In this document: positions 38,710 to 51,499 of the stretch, one piece after another | Position numbering within the stretch: the first letter of the stretch is position 1 | How the letters are laid out: every line of letters begins with the position of its first letter | NCBI GenBank assembly: GCA_043228905.1 | Contig: JBHGNT010000007.1 | Location: 19,034,001 to 19,098,000 of the forward strand | Source: Azolla caroliniana | Taxonomy: Eukaryota > Plantae > Polypodiophyta | Length of the DNA: 64,000 bases | Direction of reading: 5' to 3' | Translations under genes and position numbers: made by a program | Notes under the pieces: generated by a model | The model's input: only the letters and a program-made list of their open reading frames with translations | What the model was told of the DNA's origin: nothing | Databases searched by the model: none

Positions 38710-41700
38710 TCAGAATTCGTATGACAAGATAGGAAGTGCAGAGCTTACGACAGCATCTTTTAGGAATTTATGACTGATGAAGTCTTTGAAAACCAGCCGT
38801 TTTACTGAAAAACACACAAAAGACAGAACAAAGATTACAAGTGATATACAACATCTGCATGATGTTTTTACCTACCTATATACAACTGATTTTGTGCAAA
38901 TTTACATCAACAAAGTAACATTGATCTATTTATTCTACTGCTATTGTTACTCAGAGAGTACCTGGATCTATACAAAGGAGTTTTTGACATAAATCAACGC
39001 AATAAGGATCCAAGTCATCCGCTATATATCTAGGAAAGTGAAGAGTTCTGCATTTCTTCATTGCTCGTAGAATCTGGACAAATCAGGAAGCACCCAAAAT
39101 CTTATGTTAAAAGTATATGAGGAAACACATTGAGACATGGCAAGGTTGAAAATAAGCAGCTTTTCCCCAGTAAAAATCACAAAGATAAACAAATTTATAT
39201 TCTCTTGGGTTAGAAACCTGAACATGATTTTGCCCATGATATGGAGTGTCTCCTGTAACTAGTTGAAAAAGGATGACCCCAACACTCCATAGATCGGCCT
39301 GTATATCATATGTCAAACTGGATGTAATCTTTCCGATGGTGGTATCATATTTCAAAATATACCAGAATAGCACATATCATTGCTCTTTCAGAATTGACCA
39401 AGGGCCTTTAGTGAAATAGAGGGGCATTAGGGTAAATAAAAAACAATCAGGGTATTTTCTCAGAAAAATTCCATAATTTACTAAACTTCAACAGTAAAGT
39501 TAATTGAGTATTTTGAAAAATTTAATAAACTATACCTTGCCATCATATTTTTGGAACTGCAGGATTTCAGGAGCCATATACAAAGGTGAACCGCAGACAA
39601 AATCTGCATATGTTCCAGGATCCAAGTTCCTGAAAAAGCATATTATAGTGTGAAAATCAAAAATTCATAACATGACCAGAATTTAACAATGATTACGTAT
39701 ATGCCTGTGTACACGTGAATGAGGATCATTTTGGTTACTAATTTCATGTGTTTGTATATCTTGTCCTCTTCCATAAGTTTTATAGTCTAGCTCTCATTTC
39801 TTCTTTCTTTTCCTGAATGAATGAGAGGTCATATAGAATAAAGTTGTAATTGTCTCCAGTGTCATGTGCTATCTTTCACATGTATATATTGATATACTGA
39901 CCTTCTCCACCAAAGCCTATACAATTTGAAACCAAAAATCAGCTCTCAACCAATGAGTTATGGCCTTGTAAAGCTTAAGCATTCTTAACAAGGCATAACA
40001 GCCAAATAAACTGTTATATGAAACTGATTCAAAAGCAACACTCTACATGATCAGCCATCTTATGTCAGGGTGACAATCCATCATACATTAAAATCAATGT
40101 GAATAAAATAAGGACAATGCTGTCGTAACAGCCCTCATATTCAACCGCTTAAATCAGAGAGATGACATTATCTTTGTATGCTCTAGCTGCAAGCACCAAA
40201 TTACTTTCTGCAGTGTGTGATATATGTGCATACCATTAGACAAGGATAGAAGAGGTTCTCATTTCTTTCTGATACCACAACTATCATGGTCACAAAACAA
40301 CTCAATGCAGCAGCATGATTAAGGGAAGATTCCATTACAATGCATGAGTGTTTCATATCATCTCTTGGATGTTGCACAAGTAATGCACATTCCAGGAAGG
40401 TGAGAAAGAAAATTCGGTCTCAAAACATTTAATTTGTGCAGCCCATATAATGTATTGAAACAGTCGTCTACGAGTACCTTGCAAGACCGAAGTCTGATAT
40501 CTTTAAGATGGCATCATTATCATGAGTAGATAATAGTAGATTCTGCAAACATTGCCATCATTTTGAAGGCTTATTAGTTCCAAACAAGTTTCGTGATTCA
40601 GTATCTTCATATTATAACTCATGAACATGCCTCAGGCTTTAAATCTCTATGTATCAGGTTATTTGCATGTAGCACCTGCAGTCCTGCACCTGTACGAGCA
40701 AATGATCAAAGGAGTAAAAGGAGACGTCGAATAAGAAAGTAGAGTTTTGAGCAAGAAATATTGTTTTAAATAATTAACAATCCAATATGGCGGCAAGATA
40801 CACATACGATTGTTATTTTAGTTTGGATACCCAATTAGAAATTAGAAACCAAACATGTTTGATACCTGATTAGAAACTCTCGTATGTTTCACTTGTATAT
40901 ATGACAAAACTTAATTTTATAGGGACAAAATTGTGTGTTACCCATAACATTCTGGTCGGGAGAAGTTTGAAATCCTAATAGGATCTATAAATAACAGAGA
41001 AATATATTAATTTCTTTTAAGAGGCCAAAATGGCCTATAAGACCAAACAAGAGATTACATCATAAGTGTTATCTCGTCTTTGAGAACAACAAACCATAAT
41101 AAATGCAACAAAGTAAAAAAGTAACTAAGATGAAATGAAACAAACAATTCCCAAGTAAAAAGGTTAAAATAAAATCAGGATTCAAGAAGAGAAATTTCCA
41201 TCACGTTTGCATCCTATATGATCTATCACGTCTAACATCTACATCCATCATACATATGAGTATTGAAATAAAACGTTGTGAAGGTTAAAAAGAAAAAATG
41301 GAGAGATTTCCCTTCTTTGTTTCTAGTATGTGGGAAGAGGAAAAACTCATACTAGGGGTCCGCATTTAACCTATGTATCCAGTTACTTATTAGGTATCTC
41401 TATGGGAGATGCATAGAGCTGTTACAAAGAAAATGAGAATAGAAATCACCTAATTGCTGCATGAATTTCCTTGCTGTTGCCTCTTCGACTCTTCCTTTCT
41501 CTTTGATAAAGGTTGCAAGATCTCCACCCCCACAATATTCTAGAATCAGGTATGCCCTAGTTTCATCCTAACCAAGGAAATTTCCTGACATATAAGAAGA
41601 CATATTTGTAAAATGAACTTGATTATTCTGGTGGGCTCGGATTGCTATACTTCCTTCAAGATGAACATTTCACATCAGTCTAAGAGTGCATCTCATTCAT

Positions 41701-42692
41701 TCATGGATAAAGAGAGAGGATGTGACGCCCAGAAAAATTGCATACTTTACGTACAGGATACTAGGGACATCAAAATAGACTCAACTAAAAGTGATCACAA
41801 TCTTCCCTTAAAGCAACCTCAGGTTAAGGGTGATCTGCCATGAACAGGGTATGCGGAATAGTACATTTACAAATATTGATACGAGGATACACATTGGAAA
41901 TTGAAAGTTTCCATAGGAAGATATACAAAATCATTATCTGAAAGCAATCCGTAGGTTTTACTTGTTAAACAGCCGGTATACAAACAAATAGATATAACAA
42001 AAAAGAGACTTTAATCTTTTCCTCCTTCTTAGCTTAGATTTCCCTGCAAAGCAAGAAATGGAATGAAACCATAATTCTGAGCCTCAAAGAAGTCGTGAAG
42101 TTGACCAATAATAGGACATAGAAATAAATAAAGAAATTACTAAAAAAAATACAAAGACATACTAACTAAAAAGCTTTAATTAAAAAATGATTGCAATCTT
42201 CCTCATAAAATACCTCAGACTTCAGAGTTCAAGTAAATCAAAGGAAATCAATGCCATACGCACGAATGAGAACCCTAATTTCAAGAGGACAACCAAATGA
42301 ACTTGCAAAATCAAAGGAGCTCCAATTTCAGATAACAAAAACTAAAAATGAATGGTGGAGTTAAATGACGTTTAAATAAAAAAGAAACAAAATCAAAGCA
42401 GGAAATGACATTTAAGAAAAATAGAATCGAAACAACCGAACCTAACCTCAAAGAAGTCGAGAAGCTGAACAACATTAGGGTGACTGATCCTCCGGAGGAT
42501 GTGAGCCTCTTCATCTTCATCCGCTTGCGACCGCATCTCTCCTCGCATTCTTCGATTCAAGTGTAGGGTGTGCAAAGGGATCTCTTTAATGGCCACATCT
42601 CTGCCATCACTCTTCCGGGCGGCTTTCCAAACAACAGAGAAAGCACCCGATGCGATCTTCTCCTGGATAACATAATCATTGGCAAAGCTCAT
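38710..42692 (-). CDS. ATG1: ATG1/ULK-family Ser/Thr kinase, kinase domain only (ATG1t-like, ~289 aa). Exons 42692-42447, 41567-41450, 40689-40631, 40542-40478, 39629-39536, 39298-39218, 39073-38962, 38804-38710 (last exon uncertain)
   Basis: Phase-consistent spliced ORF: [86 protein letters not shown]. Confidence 0.9.
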
Positions 42693-42783
42693 GCTCTCTC
42701 TCACATCATTCTCTGCCCCTGCCTCTGCCTCAGATTGCCCCTCCCCTGCTCTGCATCTGCCTAAACCCTCTGCATCTGCCTAA

Positions 42784-42821
<38 letters not shown>

Positions 42822-43119
42822 TATGAAAACAGAACAGAACTTAGAAGAATACATTGATGATTGGAGTATTTATACTCTTTATGAAAAACAAACACCAGAA
42901 TATGTACATACATGAAACTGTTGTCGCTATCGTTGTCGGGGGAGTCGCTTATCGTTTGCCGCCGCAGTTTTGCGGATCCAAGAGGTTCTGTGGCCGACAT
43001 GAAGGTGGACATCTCCGAGGGTCCAAACTCTACATTAAACCTTCGTGTCGAGGGTCAGAACTTCTCTACAGGAACCCACTATGCTAGGCCCCGCCTCATG
43101 ACCTCTCTCGCACTTTTGC

Positions 43120-43570
43120 TTCTATCGTCGTAGACTATTGCTTATCCCGTGTAAACATGAATCGCTTCTATCGTATAGACGTTCGTTTCTATCGTGTAGG
43201 GGCCGAAAATACAGTTTGATCGGAACCCACCGTGTTGACTCTGGCTCATAACTTCTCACTTGCCTCTCTACCTTGTAGATAACTGCTTCTGCTCTGTAAG
43301 CACCCGCTTTGTGTCGTGCAAAGTTCAAACAATTGCTTCTGTTGTGTAGGCACCAGCTTCTGTCATCCAAACTATTGCGTTTGTCATGTAAACAAATTGC
43401 TTCTATCATGGAGGCACTTGTTTGTATCGTGTAAAGTTTGAACAATTGCTTCTGTTATGTTGGCACCAGCTTGTGGCGTGCAAACAATTGCTTCTGTCGT
43501 GTAGACAACTATTTTACGTTGTGTAGCAATTGCTTTGGTCACATAAACAATTGGTCTATTGTGTAGACCA
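43120..43570. repeat. Degenerate short-period repeats (attgcttct(g/a)t(c/t)gtgta motif)
   Basis: The motif recurs about 10 times; looks like transposon subterminal repeats. Confidence 0.55.
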
Positions 43571-44121
43571 ATTGATGCTAGCTCATCATGTTGACGCAAG
43601 GTTGAAGCTAGCTCATAAACTCTCACTTGTTTGAGTCATGTAACCATTGTGTAGCGTACATTATAGACATGTGAAGTTGAACTATCTTGTGGAGCACTTA
43701 AGCAATGCCGATCATTTATAAAGTCAATTGTAAATATCATTATCGTGATGTGGCGTGTACAAAGGAAGGAAAGTGGGAAAATGTCAAGTTTTACAACAGG
43801 TTGAGGTTATGATTAGGGTGGATCTCCCCGATTGGACTCAAACTCGCATGATCAATGTTGCTCGACTGTGTAAGGATGACTAGGTGAAGTATTTGGACCC
43901 GTTGAACATACCACCCAACCAACCTCTATCCAGTTTAATAGGTTCCATTAACTCCTTTCATGTCCGAAGAGGATTAGATTTGAACCCTTGACATTATCAT
44001 TATAGATTAAGCTCTTGCCAATTGAATATCTGAGGGAGGAGATTACAAGAGCAACATGGCTCACAAATTCTCAAAACAAGGGTTTACGGTTTAGGGTGAA
44101 TATATCTTAGGTGTAAGTTAA

Positions 44122-44579
44122 TGTTAGAGACATGAACTAATGTAAGCATAAAATTTAAAGGATAAAAGATAGATCTAGATCGAAAGGAGAGAGAGAACGA
44201 AGGGTGTCGATCCACCCAACCACCCCCGAGCGAAGGGATCGAGACAGACTTGAGCCTCGATCGGTGTCCCATACCACCGTCGTGGCGTCGAGTCATACCT
44301 GGTGCTGGCGCGCTCACTACAAGAGTTGACCCACCACAAGACAGAGTCTCGACGTAGTCAACAAGATGATGAAATGAGGGTAGCTAGGCCTCTTATTTAT
44401 AACGATACCCAAGGCCCCCAGGCAAGTTCACACTTGGCCTAATGGGTTGTCTCAATCCCGAGGATTAAAAGTAATCATCCCCTTCTTTACTCTCTTGTTT
44501 AACCCTCACACTTATCCACGTGTATAGAATACTACGGTAAATTCTCACCACGGGATATTATATGGTCATGCCCGTAACA
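44122..44579 (-). mobile_element. Solo LTR (458 bp)
   Basis: TGTTAGAGACATGA...TCATGCCCGTAACA termini, GTTAA TSD at 44117-44121 and 44580-44584, TATA (TTATAAATA) on the minus strand. Confidence 0.85.
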
Positions 44580-46138
44580 GTTAACATGTCAATAAATAAT
44601 AGCAATTTTGTTTTCATTCATGTATGTGGTGTGCCATATAATCGAATCTAGCTTAAAGGTTGGGGGTTATTAATTTAATAAGCATAATCAATCATGTGTT
44701 GTAATTTATTGGTGGAGCACATATAATCTAATATAGCCTTGGTAGAACTCATATAATTTATCTTGAAGTTCGTGGGTTCGAGACCTAACTTGGCAAAACA
44801 TATTTGCACCCCTAAATCATCACTTGTGGATAGAAGTGTAGTGCTTGTCCGCAAACATGTGACATGCACTTCACAACATAAATTAGTGAACCCCACATGA
44901 AGAGCGTGGGTTGGTTGATGAAAGAAAGTATCACGGATGATGGATGTTGTCTTGGTAGCGTACAACTTGGAGGAGTTGATAATAATCAAAAGCAATACAA
45001 AGCTCCTAATTCTTCCATTTTTAAGGAAATCCATTGAGATTATGACATTCTAAGACGGCCAAGGAGGAGCCATGGAGTATATTGCAAGATGGTGAAACTA
45101 TTGGAGATACTCTTTTTTGAGAAGATCAAGATGGGTGCAAAGCGTTTTACCTTCTGTCAAATAGAAAAAGGTGTTACGTTGAAACCTTGTGCATCTTGCT
45201 TATTTAATATAATGTTTTGAATTTGGAAATTTCTCTACTTTGGAGGTGGTTTACATTATGTGCCATGGCAACAAAACATCCAACCCCACCAAATCGGTGT
45301 ATTCTCCAATATGCAATCAAAACCAAGTGGTTATTCTAATTAGCCAATATTGTTCTTTGAAGTTTGAGATGGAAATTGTTGCAATTGAACATTCCACCAT
45401 CTTGATGTGCCTTTCCTTCCCTCCCATGGGTACTCATCACTTCCTTTCTTCTTTATTAGCATAATTAACAAATGTCCCTTTAACAAGTAGTTAGTTTGAA
45501 ACCAAAGGAAACTCAAGGAAAGTAAAGCAAATCAAAGAGATCACGTAATTTAGTTACACAAACATACAAATTAAGACAATTGACTACCTTTTAGAGGAGA
45601 TTAACACCTAAACTCCTAAATCTTGATTCTATGCAATTATTCCAAAAGTTTAAAGCATGGAATGCAAAACTTTTTCATCAAAAACTCTTCTTGTCAAGGC
45701 TCAATTAAAGTTATAATAGTGATTAATTGCCTTGAGATTTCAAGGTTTCAAATACATAGTATTGTGCAAGTGCTGAATTGGAATGTGTTGAAATAATGTT
45801 TAGGGGGGCAAAGGAACATTTGGGCTACCGTTATATTGGAATTGGGTCATTCCTTAGTTGCATTAACTCATAATGGACAATCGCTAACATGCCAAGAATT
45901 AATAAGTTTTACACTCACTTCCACACCAAAAGAAACATTAAAGAATATCTCAATGTTTCCAAATAATTCAACATCCCAATGTAGAGATACATAGAAAAGC
46001 CATTGGTAAGGCTCATTTTATTTTCCCAGAAATACCTCCAATCATCATGAATTGATATATATTGTATATATCAATATCAGCATTAAACAAATTACAAAAA
46101 TATTGTTCAATACTAAAAAATCGCCTCCAAACAAACAG

Positions 46139-48558
46139 TTAGAAAACACGCAACGGGTCAAACGACAGGTCTGATTTCATCCATGAGCTCCCCGTCTCTT
46201 TAGAGCACAGTAATTTAGAGGAGCCGCTTGTATTATCATGTGTATTAAAATTTTCAGAGCACAGTAGTGAGGAATCTCTTGTTTCCATGGAGTGAATAGT
46301 TGAGAACCCCATCATTTCCGAATCTGAATCTCTTTCTAACGCTATTTGACTTGAGCTTATCTTTGCAATCCTTTGCCTCTCCGCACGGGACCCGATCATC
46401 TGACCAAGGATGGACGCAGCAAATGTGAATGCCATCACATACTTGGGCATATGGACAGCCTTTCTTAACATGGCAATGAATGGTACTGATGCATGGACTG
46501 CCGCGAACCAAGCAGGAGAGAATTTCTTAGTATGTTCTCTCCATACGCCTAGAGGCACGTTAAGAGCTAATCCTAACATGCCAACCGCAAGAACTCTTGT
46601 GGGTAATGGTTGTGGCCTCAATGATTTTACAGGAGCAGTTCGTGCAAGGGCAGCTCTTGCTGCAACTATTGCAGGCGGGCACTTTATCTTCATATCCGGC
46701 GGGGTTTGTAAAAACTTTGAAACTAAAGGTAGAACTCCACTAACTGCTCGAAAAGACTTTGCAATTGGACAGTTACCCGTTTGTAGCCATTCATTACCCA
46801 ATGCTTCATGCCCATTATTAGATGTGGTGGGTTTCTTCTCTTGTTTTTGCTTATCATCCGTCCTATGGGTCCTCTTCTTCATCTTGTTTTGCTTTGATAT
46901 AAAAGCATCAAATCCAAATGGATCAAATGCTCCTAATGCTGATAAGCTTATTGCAGCTGATGATGCCGCCAAGGGATGGAAGCTCATGCTCTTGATAGCA
47001 CATTCTTTCTCTTCATCTCCGTGCATTTGTGTTTGTTTATTAGATAATGGAACCACTCCACTATGGCCATGGAACACTTTGAATGCCAAGTCAAAGTTTG
47101 GACCATCCTCAAATATAGGGCCACGTCGTCCTTTCAACTAAAACACACAAGAAAAGAACCTGAATCAATACTTGTTGCATAATGTTTTGCACTCCCTTTA
47201 TTAATACTTTTCCTTTATGTTTAACCACACAGAATAAGAGAAGTAAAGTTAAAATTACTTCTAGTTTCAGTGTTGAGAGGAGATCATTTCAGCTCCCTCT
47301 CTTTTTCTTTCAGTAAATATATAATTTTCATTACGAAAGAGAAAACACCACCTTGACTAGCATACAATGAATTTGAATTCAACCCACAGAAAATAACTTA
47401 CAACAAACTTTGGATTTGTCTAAGTTCTAAATACTAATAATTTACTCCCAACCTACAGACTAATTCAGATGACGAAAATGACGACCTATCAACTAAACAA
47501 ACTGTCACTTCCTTTCTTGTGCTGTTTATTCAGTCCCATAGGTCAAATTTGGCCTCCTCATGAACAGTAAAAACTATATTCTAGTCTCCCAGTTTCCAAT
47601 ATGGAACTACATTTTCAATACAAAAAGACAATTTTAGATCTTTCACAACTCTGGAATCTGTCTCTCTATCTCTATCTCTCAGAGATTTCTGTGCTTGTTT
47701 ATCTTAAGATAATTTGTCTTCTTGTTCCAGAAAACAAACACTTTCCTGGAGATTTTGGACAGAGGAATGCTTGTATTTTACTTTAGCTAATGCTTTCAAT
47801 GGAGAAATTAATGAATCTATATTTATTTATTTTGCTGTTGTTCACAACATGAATAACACCTCCATATATAATTCATTCATTCTTCTTTCTCTTCATTCTT
47901 CCTCATCAGAGAAATCGATGCCTCGCATATTTCTTCCATTTCCTGTTGTTTTGTCCTACATGAAGAATGAAGTACTCTTTCAGATGTGATTTATTCCTCT
48001 TGCTCTTCTCCTATCCTCAATACTAACTTATGTTGTCATATTTACTGTTTTTAATTTTCCTCTTCAAAATCCTATAAAACTCTTCCATTTCCTGTTTTGC
48101 TGCTCTCCAGGAAGAGAACACACTTCTAGATGGGATTCATTAACTATTTCATTCTTCTTGCACCTCTTCTAACTGCTCGGTCCTAAACTATGGTTCCATA
48201 TTTCTTGTTTACAAATTTCTCAGGAAACACAGTTCTTTCTCTCCCCCTCTCTGTGCAGAATATAGAGGATAAGCAGTGCTTTTCTATATCTATCTTTTAG
48301 ATCCTCCTATGGAAGCTAGCGATCTTCATAGCTTTTTCACACACAAGTCATCAAAAACATCAACAGAAACAGAGATCAACTGTCAGAATGAACAAGGGAT
48401 TAACTCACATGATTGGGCGCCTTGGTAGAAGACACGAAGGAGAAATCGGTGGATTCGTTGATGTTTCTGAGGAAAGGGCACATATGGACACCTTGAGCAA
48501 TGATGGAGTCGAGGGGCATTCCGTCGTCGACGACGCGATCACGGAGGCAGAAATCCAT
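46139..48558 (-). CDS. Conserved plant protein of the At5g45410/At4g25030 (NHR2-like) family, 382 aa. Exons 48558-48409 and 47137-46139
   Basis: MDFCLR...MCPFLRNINESTDFSF joined to LKGRRGPIFEDGPNFDLAFKVFHG...GNCPIAKSFRA...NVPLGVWREHTKKFSPAWFAAVHASVPFIAMLRK by a GT-AG phase-0 intron. The family name is from recall. Confidence 0.88.
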
Positions 48559-48765
48559 GAGGAGGAGAAAGAAAGAAAGAACGAAAGAACGAAGGAAGGA
48601 AAGGAGCAGAAATGAACAGGAGGAGGAAGATGGAGATGGAGATGGAGATGGCGATGGTGATGGCGATGGCGAGTAAGCTGAAGTCTTCTTTACTTAGGGC
48701 TGGAGCAGATGAAGGGAGAAGCTATGGCGATGGATCTCTGCAAGGCCGAACTCTGAGACAGACAC

Positions 48766-48804
<39 letters not shown>

Positions 48805-48850
48805 AAAGGAAAGAGAGGATGAGAATTGGCCAGGTGTGAAAGCAGACCGG

Positions 48851-49026
48851 ACGCGTGTAGCGCGTTTTGGCCGCCCACGTGTGAAAGCGGACAATCCCAA
48901 TTTGCCCACGTGCGAAAAAAAAGATCAAATGGAAGAAAAGGACTCGTCGTCTTTTTCTTCTTCTTCTTCTTCTTTTCTTGGACTCTTTCTCGAGAACTCT
49001 CTTCTCCTTCTTTTTCTGCCCACGTG
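48851..49026. promoter_or_regulatory. G-box/ABRE cluster with a CE3-like element upstream of the NHR2-like gene
   Basis: GCCCACGTG with cores at 48876, 48907 and 49021; ACGCGTG at 48851. Confidence 0.55.
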
Positions 49027-51499
49027 CTTCTATTGAAGCAAAGAAGAAAACGAAGATATATAATAGAAAAAACGGCATTTCGCAATGACAATGTCGATCA
49101 CGTAACGAAGTCTTTACATTTCTTTGTTCCTTTGCCTATGAAGACGTCGAGCCGATGATACTACTATTCCTTTGCCTATGAAGACGATGAGTCGATGATA
49201 CTACTATTCCTTTGCCTATGAACACGACGGGCCAATGATACTGACACCCGAGGGATAGACCCCTCCTCAGCTTGCTTGACAGGTTGCTTCCAATGGAGAG
49301 GAGGGGGACACCGACTTCTATGGAGAGAACCTATTACCTTTGGTGTAACAACACGATTTTGGGAGATTTTCTAAATGTTCAAGCATCTCTTCCCAAGGGG
49401 ATGGATGTTGACCCGCATTGGCAAGTAAGGGAGTATAGCTAGTAGAAGGATGTATAGATTCATTGTAAACATGTTTAATAGTCATTGGCAAGTAAGGGAG
49501 TATAGCTAGTAGAAGGATGTATAGATTCATTGTAAACATGTTTAATAGTCGATAGAACATTTATAAAGAGAGTGCTCTGATGTTTGATTTGTACGTTCAA
49601 TGTAACCATCGATCTCTAGATGATGGTTTCAAAGAGAGTTTATAACCAACTTAAAAGTCCAAGCAAGTGTAATGAACATTTTTGTAGAATATTATAAATG
49701 TACATTATACCATAATCATTATGGAGAATCAAGCCCCTAATCTGGTGTATATATATATAGCTTATTATAATCTTATATATTGTAAATAACTCTTCTTCTT
49801 TCCAAAAAAGTAAATAACTTAGACAAATGATCAAATTAGACTAACACATGATCCCCAAATGGCATGCTTGCATGAATGCCAAGTTGTGATCATATATGGT
49901 CAATGCAAGGTGGCAATCATGTGTGGGTCCAACAATGTTATATAACGAGGTGCCTTAGACATTGATAAATCATTCCGATGTCGTTGGGGGTCCAAGGATG
50001 GTAAACGGAATGTATGGGAAAGTCACAACTATTAAAAACAATGTAATATGTATATACATGAAGGGAATAATACAATAATTAAAAGTTAATAACGAAATGC
50101 ATACGATTGATTGTCGTGGTAAAAGGTAAAGGTTTGATTCTTCGCGCATATGCACGTGAGAGTTATTTACCCTTTTTCATATCTCATGGTGTAAGTGAAC
50201 ATTTATTGCGATAGATGGGTCTCTATAAAAGGGGATAGATGAAGGCTTATTTTGGGGTTGGATCATTTTTGTTAGAGTTTGACAGTTTTGGGAAGACTTG
50301 TGAGATCCTTCTCGTTGAGGGTTTGGTTAGAGGAGCTTTCTCGTCCTCACCATTTCCCCATGTGGAGAGAGGGAAAGTGCATATTGGGCAACCTCTCTTC
50401 GACTTCTTATTTTTCTTAGGTTGTGTTTCTAGGGTTTGGGGATTTATTTTCTTCTTCTAATAAGTTATCCTTTAAGGGTTGTGGGGAAGGGTTCTTCTTG
50501 CTTGGGAGAGGAGCACGCGAGTCATAGAATATATGGTACTCGAAGGGGCAAAGTTCAAGTATGAGAGTCATGGGAGCTACATCCGCAAAGGGTGCGCAAT
50601 CGTCAATCACGAGTTGAAGCCACCAAACTCAAAGACCTTCCTGATTGATTGTTTCTCTATTTCCTTGTATTCCCACCTTTGTACATACCCTATGGACAAT
50701 GGGATTTCATTATTGTAATTGAAACAAGTGTTTTGTTCTTAATCAATTACTATTGTAATAACAAGTTATTAGCTTTAATCTTAAAATCTCATTGAGTGAT
50801 TGTGTTGAGAAAGAGAGAGAGAGAGATTCACAACTTCAATGAGAGAGAACACTCAAAAAGTTGTTTAAGGGAATTCCATGAGGTTTTCCACAAAAGGGAT
50901 TCCAAGAAGCGAATGCCACGAGAGGGATTACATGAAGGGAATCCTTAAGTGTCCTTTCAGGTCCACGAGAACTCGTTCATTACACAAAGGGATAATGCAA
51001 AGGGCAATCTAGTAAAGGATTACACAAAGAGGACATTCCACAAAGGGAATTCCATGAAAAAAGTCCCACGAATGGAATGAGTGAGTGCCCCTTGATCCAT
51101 TAAGCAAATCTACAAGGGGGCTCCACGAAGAGAATGCATGGAAAGGGAGATTGCACGAAGTCAATCCATGAAGAGATTACGTGAGTTCAACCCACAAATG
51201 GGTAATCAAAGCATGACACATTCGGGAGTCACCATTGCAAGCACCTCTCCACCGTCATCATATCTTCCCTAGTTCATATCCTTTATGGTCCCACTCAAAT
51301 AGCACATGCACATGCATTTATGTGTTGCCCATTTGATCCTTGCCGTGGGCCATGCCCCATCTCATAGATTGCAATGGATCTCCTAGGGATATTAGGAAGA
51401 TATCTATCTATTTCATAAATAGTAATGTGTTAATTATGAAAGTTGAAATTAAAATCAATGGGATATAATATCCTATTGACTCACCATGAAACCAATTCG

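Noticed and set aside
46410-47141. 243-aa plus-strand ORF
   Set aside because: Antisense shadow of the conserved minus-strand exon.
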